From assembly GCA_964016885.1 (NCBI GenBank), contig OZ024750.1:45508001-45572000 (forward strand): a stretch of DNA of 64,000 bases, read 5' to 3'. This document shows, one piece after another, positions 59,656 to 64,000 of the stretch. The notes beneath the pieces were generated by a model. The model worked only from the letters and a program-made list of their open reading frames with translations, was not told the origin of the DNA and did not search any database. Position numbers and translations under genes: made by a program. Source of the stretch: Eledone cirrhosa. Taxonomy: Eukaryota. Positions within the stretch are counted from its first letter, which is position 1. The number at the start of each line of letters is the position of its first letter.

Positions 59656-59691
59656 TCTTAACGTTTCGGACGCTTGTCTTTCATCAGAAGA
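59656..59691 (-). ncRNA. Minimal type I hammerhead ribozyme-like motif
   Basis: Minus strand TCTT-CTGATGA-AA-GAC(aagc)GTC-C-GAAA-CGTT-AAGA: stem I TCTT/AAGA and palindromic AACGTT, as in PLE-type minimal HHRs. Confidence 0.65.
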
Positions 59692-61424
59692 AAGAATGAG
59701 AAATTAAATAGATTAAGGGGACGGGCGGGATGGAATTATATATAAATTCTATGATGTGAAACATTAGCAGATGGTATAATATCTAGAGCTCAGCCATTCC
59801 TCTTATTCTCTACCATTTAGAGACCTTTCACGAAGGACTTTCTTCTGTGTTTCATATACCCACTAAATATATTTTGGTTCCTTGAGGAAAACGCATTCGT
59901 AGGAAAAGCGTATTCGTAGGAAGACGTTTTTGTCATGTGTAAGATTCAAATATTTAGAGATGCTGTGTTGCATCATCATCGCTCAGCTCTGTTTAGACAT
60001 ATATTTATTGTCTTTCCTGATATTATATTTCTGTCATTTACTTTCAGATGTGTCATATGTTTCACTATATTACCCAATACGTTCTGTCCATTTAAAGACT
60101 TTAATGTGTCTTTAGGAAAGATCTGGATCCTATATTTAACAGACCAACTACCCATGTAGTGCCTCACAAAATGAAATGGGTTTTTACTATGTGGCTAAAA
60201 ATTATGCTAATTCCCTGAGAGAGGAAAAGGTCGATGAGAGAGAGAGAGAGATAGAGAGAAGGGAGGGGGCAGAAATCCGCTCCGATATTAGACAGGTCCT
60301 TTATCTATCGAAATGCAAATTTGATCTCAATTTAAAAACTCAGTCAAGTCACCGCCTACAAATAAAACATATGTTTACAACACGGTCTTTTGATGTTTTT
60401 CCTTTCGTATACATGGAAGTCTAGTTCCACCAGAAACTACATAAGCCTATTATAACCGTTGTTTGTTTATTTAGTTTATTTAGCAACTGATGAACTCATT
60501 ATCTAAACCTTAACGCTACAAGTTTCTGTTGATGAATTATAAACCTTCATCAAACATGGCGTTAACTTTCGACGAATCATTGGGTTTTATGACACAGGCT
60601 TTGTTTTTATTATGATGAAACAACTGTGAATATACACTTAATGTTTCACTACGTTGTGATTCTGAATATCTATAAACATTTATTCTCCTGCCAAATTGTT
60701 TCATTGGTGTTGGTTAACATCACACCTGCATTGATTGTATACAGAAGAAAAAGTAATAATAATGAAAATGTCTTTTATTGGACACAAAGGCCGAATATGC
60801 TGGAGACGCCACAGTAAATAAGAACAACACACAGTGAGGTTTATACTGAATAAAGTGAAGTGGACATCAACAAAGGGAAAATAGGTATAATAACAAGACT
60901 AATTGTAATATATAGTAAAGGTAACGCTAGGAAATATCAACAAATAACAACTAGGAAAACTTGTTCAAAAGAAGGGTTTTCAAGTTTAGAAGAGTTCCAC
61001 TCCTTTCCCCATCAAACAAAAATACCCTGTAGATTCGTGGGCATTTAAAATGCCTTGATCCTTTGTTTCCTATTCCGATTATAAAATCGTCACTTCCGCT
61101 GCTTTACACCATATTACATGAAATACATTAGAAGGAAATCCACCTCCCAGCACTGTCTCCTCTTTCTTAGAATGTTAGAACTCTTCTCTTTCTAATTTAT
61201 TATTGTTTTATGTCAAAGGCGGGGGAATAATTTTACCTATGACCTTTAGAGAGTCTCCTCAACCAGTAAGTGTATTTGGTAGATCTTTCAGTATAAAACA
61301 CTTCAGGGGGAACGTGAGTAGTAGAATTGGTTATTTAAAAACCTCTTGAGTTGTAGGTAGCAATTAACACAATCTATAATGCCAGACGATACACGTGTGT
61401 AGTAGAACCAGGAGTAGCTAGGGG

Positions 61425-61808
<384 letters not shown>

Positions 61809-61989
61809 TCTATATATATATATATTTATTAAAACAGATTAAAGTTTAAGCAAAGAATCGGTCCTTTCACCCTTAACGGGATCTTCTGAAACTTTATATA
61901 TACATATATATATATATATATGTATATATGTATATATGTGTGTATATATGTATATATGTGTATATATATATATATACACATGTATATAT

Positions 61990-62258
61990 ATATAGGAAAA
62001 AGTATGACTCCGACGGCAGAGCTCAAGCCGTTTCGACGGCTATTTCTGGAGTCCAGGGTCATATATATATAACGAAGGAGGTGTGGTAAGGAACCAGACA
62101 GACCATAACGCACCAGAGTACTCAATACTTAGGGTAGTAGAGTGGGTAATAGGAAAAGGTTTGACCCCGACAGCAGAGCTCAAGCCGTTTCGACGGCTAT
62201 TTCTGGACTGAAATAGCCGTCGAAACGGCTTGAGCTCTGCCGTCGGGGTCAAACTTTT

Positions 62259-62322
<64 letters not shown>

Positions 62323-62510
62323 ACGAAGGAAATGTGGTAAGGAACCAGATGGACCATAACGCACCAAATTACTCAATACTTAGGGTAGTAGAGTGGGTAA
62401 TAGGAATAAGTAGGACCCCGACGGCTGAGCCCTAGCCATTTCGACGGCTAATTCTGGACTGAATTAGCCGTCTAAACGGCCTGAGCTCAGCCGTCGGGGT
62501 CCTACTTCTT

Positions 62511-62514
<4 letters not shown>
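61990..62514. mobile_element. Three adjacent family B copies (half copy 61990-62060; fold-back copies ~62068-62262 and ~62320-62514), separated by (TA)n
   Basis: Same unique arm and hairpin as 54605-54804. Confidence 0.8.
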
Positions 62515-62590
<76 letters not shown>

Positions 62591-62901
62591 TAAACGAGAT
62601 ATCGTTTTGGCTTTCCTTAGTTCAGGTTGAGAGTAACCTGTAGTTCAGGTTTAGAGTAACCTGTACCGGGCAGTGTTCCAGCGTACATGGCAGTTGACTC
62701 AACAAGGTGTTTACTAGGGTAGGTTGGTCCTTGATTGTTCCGTGATCAGTAGTTCTTGGAGTAGCTACAAGTTGTAAAAAGAGGATTAACACGGATAAAT
62801 AACTTTCAGGAGAGCTGCCCAACAGGAGGTCGTCAGAGAAGACATGTTTAGTTGAAGAATAAAGAATATTATTAAACTCTAGTGAAGTAGAGTTTAATAA
62901 T

Positions 62902-63073
62902 TGTTTCTACTTTTGGCACAAGCCCAGTGTATTACTGGTACTTTATTTTATCGACCCCTTAAGGGTGAAAGGCAAAGTTAACCTCGGTGGTATTTGAACT
63001 CAGAATGGAATGGGCCGTAACTCTTTGCGTCAAAGCATGGCGTCCGACCCTCTACTGATACTGGCAATCCACC
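62902..63073 (-). mobile_element. SINE family A copy with 18-bp TSD
   Basis: Reverse complement of 4023-4205. TSD GAAGTAGAGTTTAATAAT at 62884-62901 and 63074-63091. Confidence 0.9.
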
Positions 63074-63832
63074 GAAGTAGAGTTTAATAATATTATTTAT
63101 TCATCTATATAGGATATTACTTATTACGTATAGCAGAATAGAGAGAGAGGTTGAGTGGGAAAGAAATTGAGAGGGGAAGGAGAGAAGTGAAAGCGATGTA
63201 GATAGCATGGACGAGATACATACCCTGGGTGTTTTCGATTTAGACAGCAAGGGTATGATAAATTGGGACATAGATAGCGATTGAGTTAGAAGAGTGAGAG
63301 AGAAAAAGATGGTAGTTAAGGGAGAGACAGAAGGTGAACAATAACGACTGAGAAAGACAGGGAAATAGAGAAAGAGTGAGGAAGGGAGAGGGAGAAACAA
63401 AAGGCAAGATGGAGACAGAGAGGAATGAAAGGAAAAAGAGAGTGGGGGTGAAGCTCGAGTCAAAAATACACAAAGAATAAATAGTGCATCTGAATGTGAC
63501 TTTACGACTAGGTTAACGATAAAATATCCTTCAACGTTTAGACGCCATTTTGAGAGCTATACCAAATAATTTGAATAACTTTTTTTTTTTTCGTAAATAA
63601 TTTAATGGCTTTACTGGAAACATCTTCTGGTGGCTGAGAAGACAGTAAACTGTTTTACGCCTGACTTGGGAATAAACAAACGGAAGCACAGAATGCAATG
63701 AAAAAGAACTGAAAACGATTCGTTAAAGATTGATAGCAAACTGTTTAGTTCAAATAACGTATCATTTTGTATACGATTATACATTGTTTCCTTTATATTG
63801 TACCACCTCTCTATCTCTCTCTCACACACACA

Positions 63833-63869
<37 letters not shown>

Positions 63870-63875
<6 letters not shown>

Positions 63876-64000
63876 AAGAAGGCGTAGGACAGAACAAAGG
63901 AGAGGCACAAAACAATGAGAAGAATCCCCAGTGACTGAAGAGGTCACAGAATGTGTGACGAAAGAACTTTGACAATATATGAGCAACCGTGCGGTTGTGG
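63870..64000 (+). mobile_element. Second copy of the 2850-3266 element, with HHR at ~63930-63973
   Basis: CTGAAGA-G-GTCACA(gaatg)TGTGAC-GAAA-G-AA-CTT-TGAC. Upstream GGCGTAGGA..AAGG..AATCCCC and downstream GGTTGTGG match the minus strand of 3030-3160. Confidence 0.75.

Noticed and set aside
60486-60575. CTGATGA at ~60487 as a hammerhead core
   Set aside because: No stem II followed by GAAA and no pairing stem I could be found.
59860-61300. Unique-looking sequence as host exons
   Set aside because: Only short ORFs with frequent stops and no motif I recognise; BLASTX would be needed.
62621-62664. Two-copy direct repeat TTCAGGTT(G/T)AGAGTAACCTGTA with internal hairpin
   Set aside because: A simple local duplication with no further supporting structure.

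Overview
Eukaryotic, AT-rich, microsatellite-dense DNA with no intact protein-coding gene. The SINE families and (TA)n density suggest a cephalopod (Octopus-like) genome; this is inference. Three things dominate. (1) A ~37.3-kb 15-bp minisatellite (ACTACAACCACA[T/C]CA, ~6377-43680) with kb-scale higher-order duplications, lying within a disrupted mucin-like Thr-rich reading frame preceded by a Cys-containing, possibly PAN/apple-like exon. (2) A ~6-kb head-to-head palindrome (47483-53480) of near-identical 465-bp units inserted into a (TA)n tract. Each full unit carries a canonical type I hammerhead ribozyme (HHR), 12 in total, so this looks like a young retrozyme-like array copied from a circular or multimeric RNA. 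(3) Many short elements between (TA)n tracts that share a '3' ends outward' inverted architecture. Several carry their own HHR variants (U3-A8 core, long stem II inserts), and one is a Penelope-like GIY-YIG fragment, the candidate partner class. Also present: RLE-type, RTE-type and Vingi-like LINE fragments, a rearranged mariner remnant, and tRNA-type SINEs with target-site duplications (TSDs). All alignments and folds were done by eye, and no database search was run.
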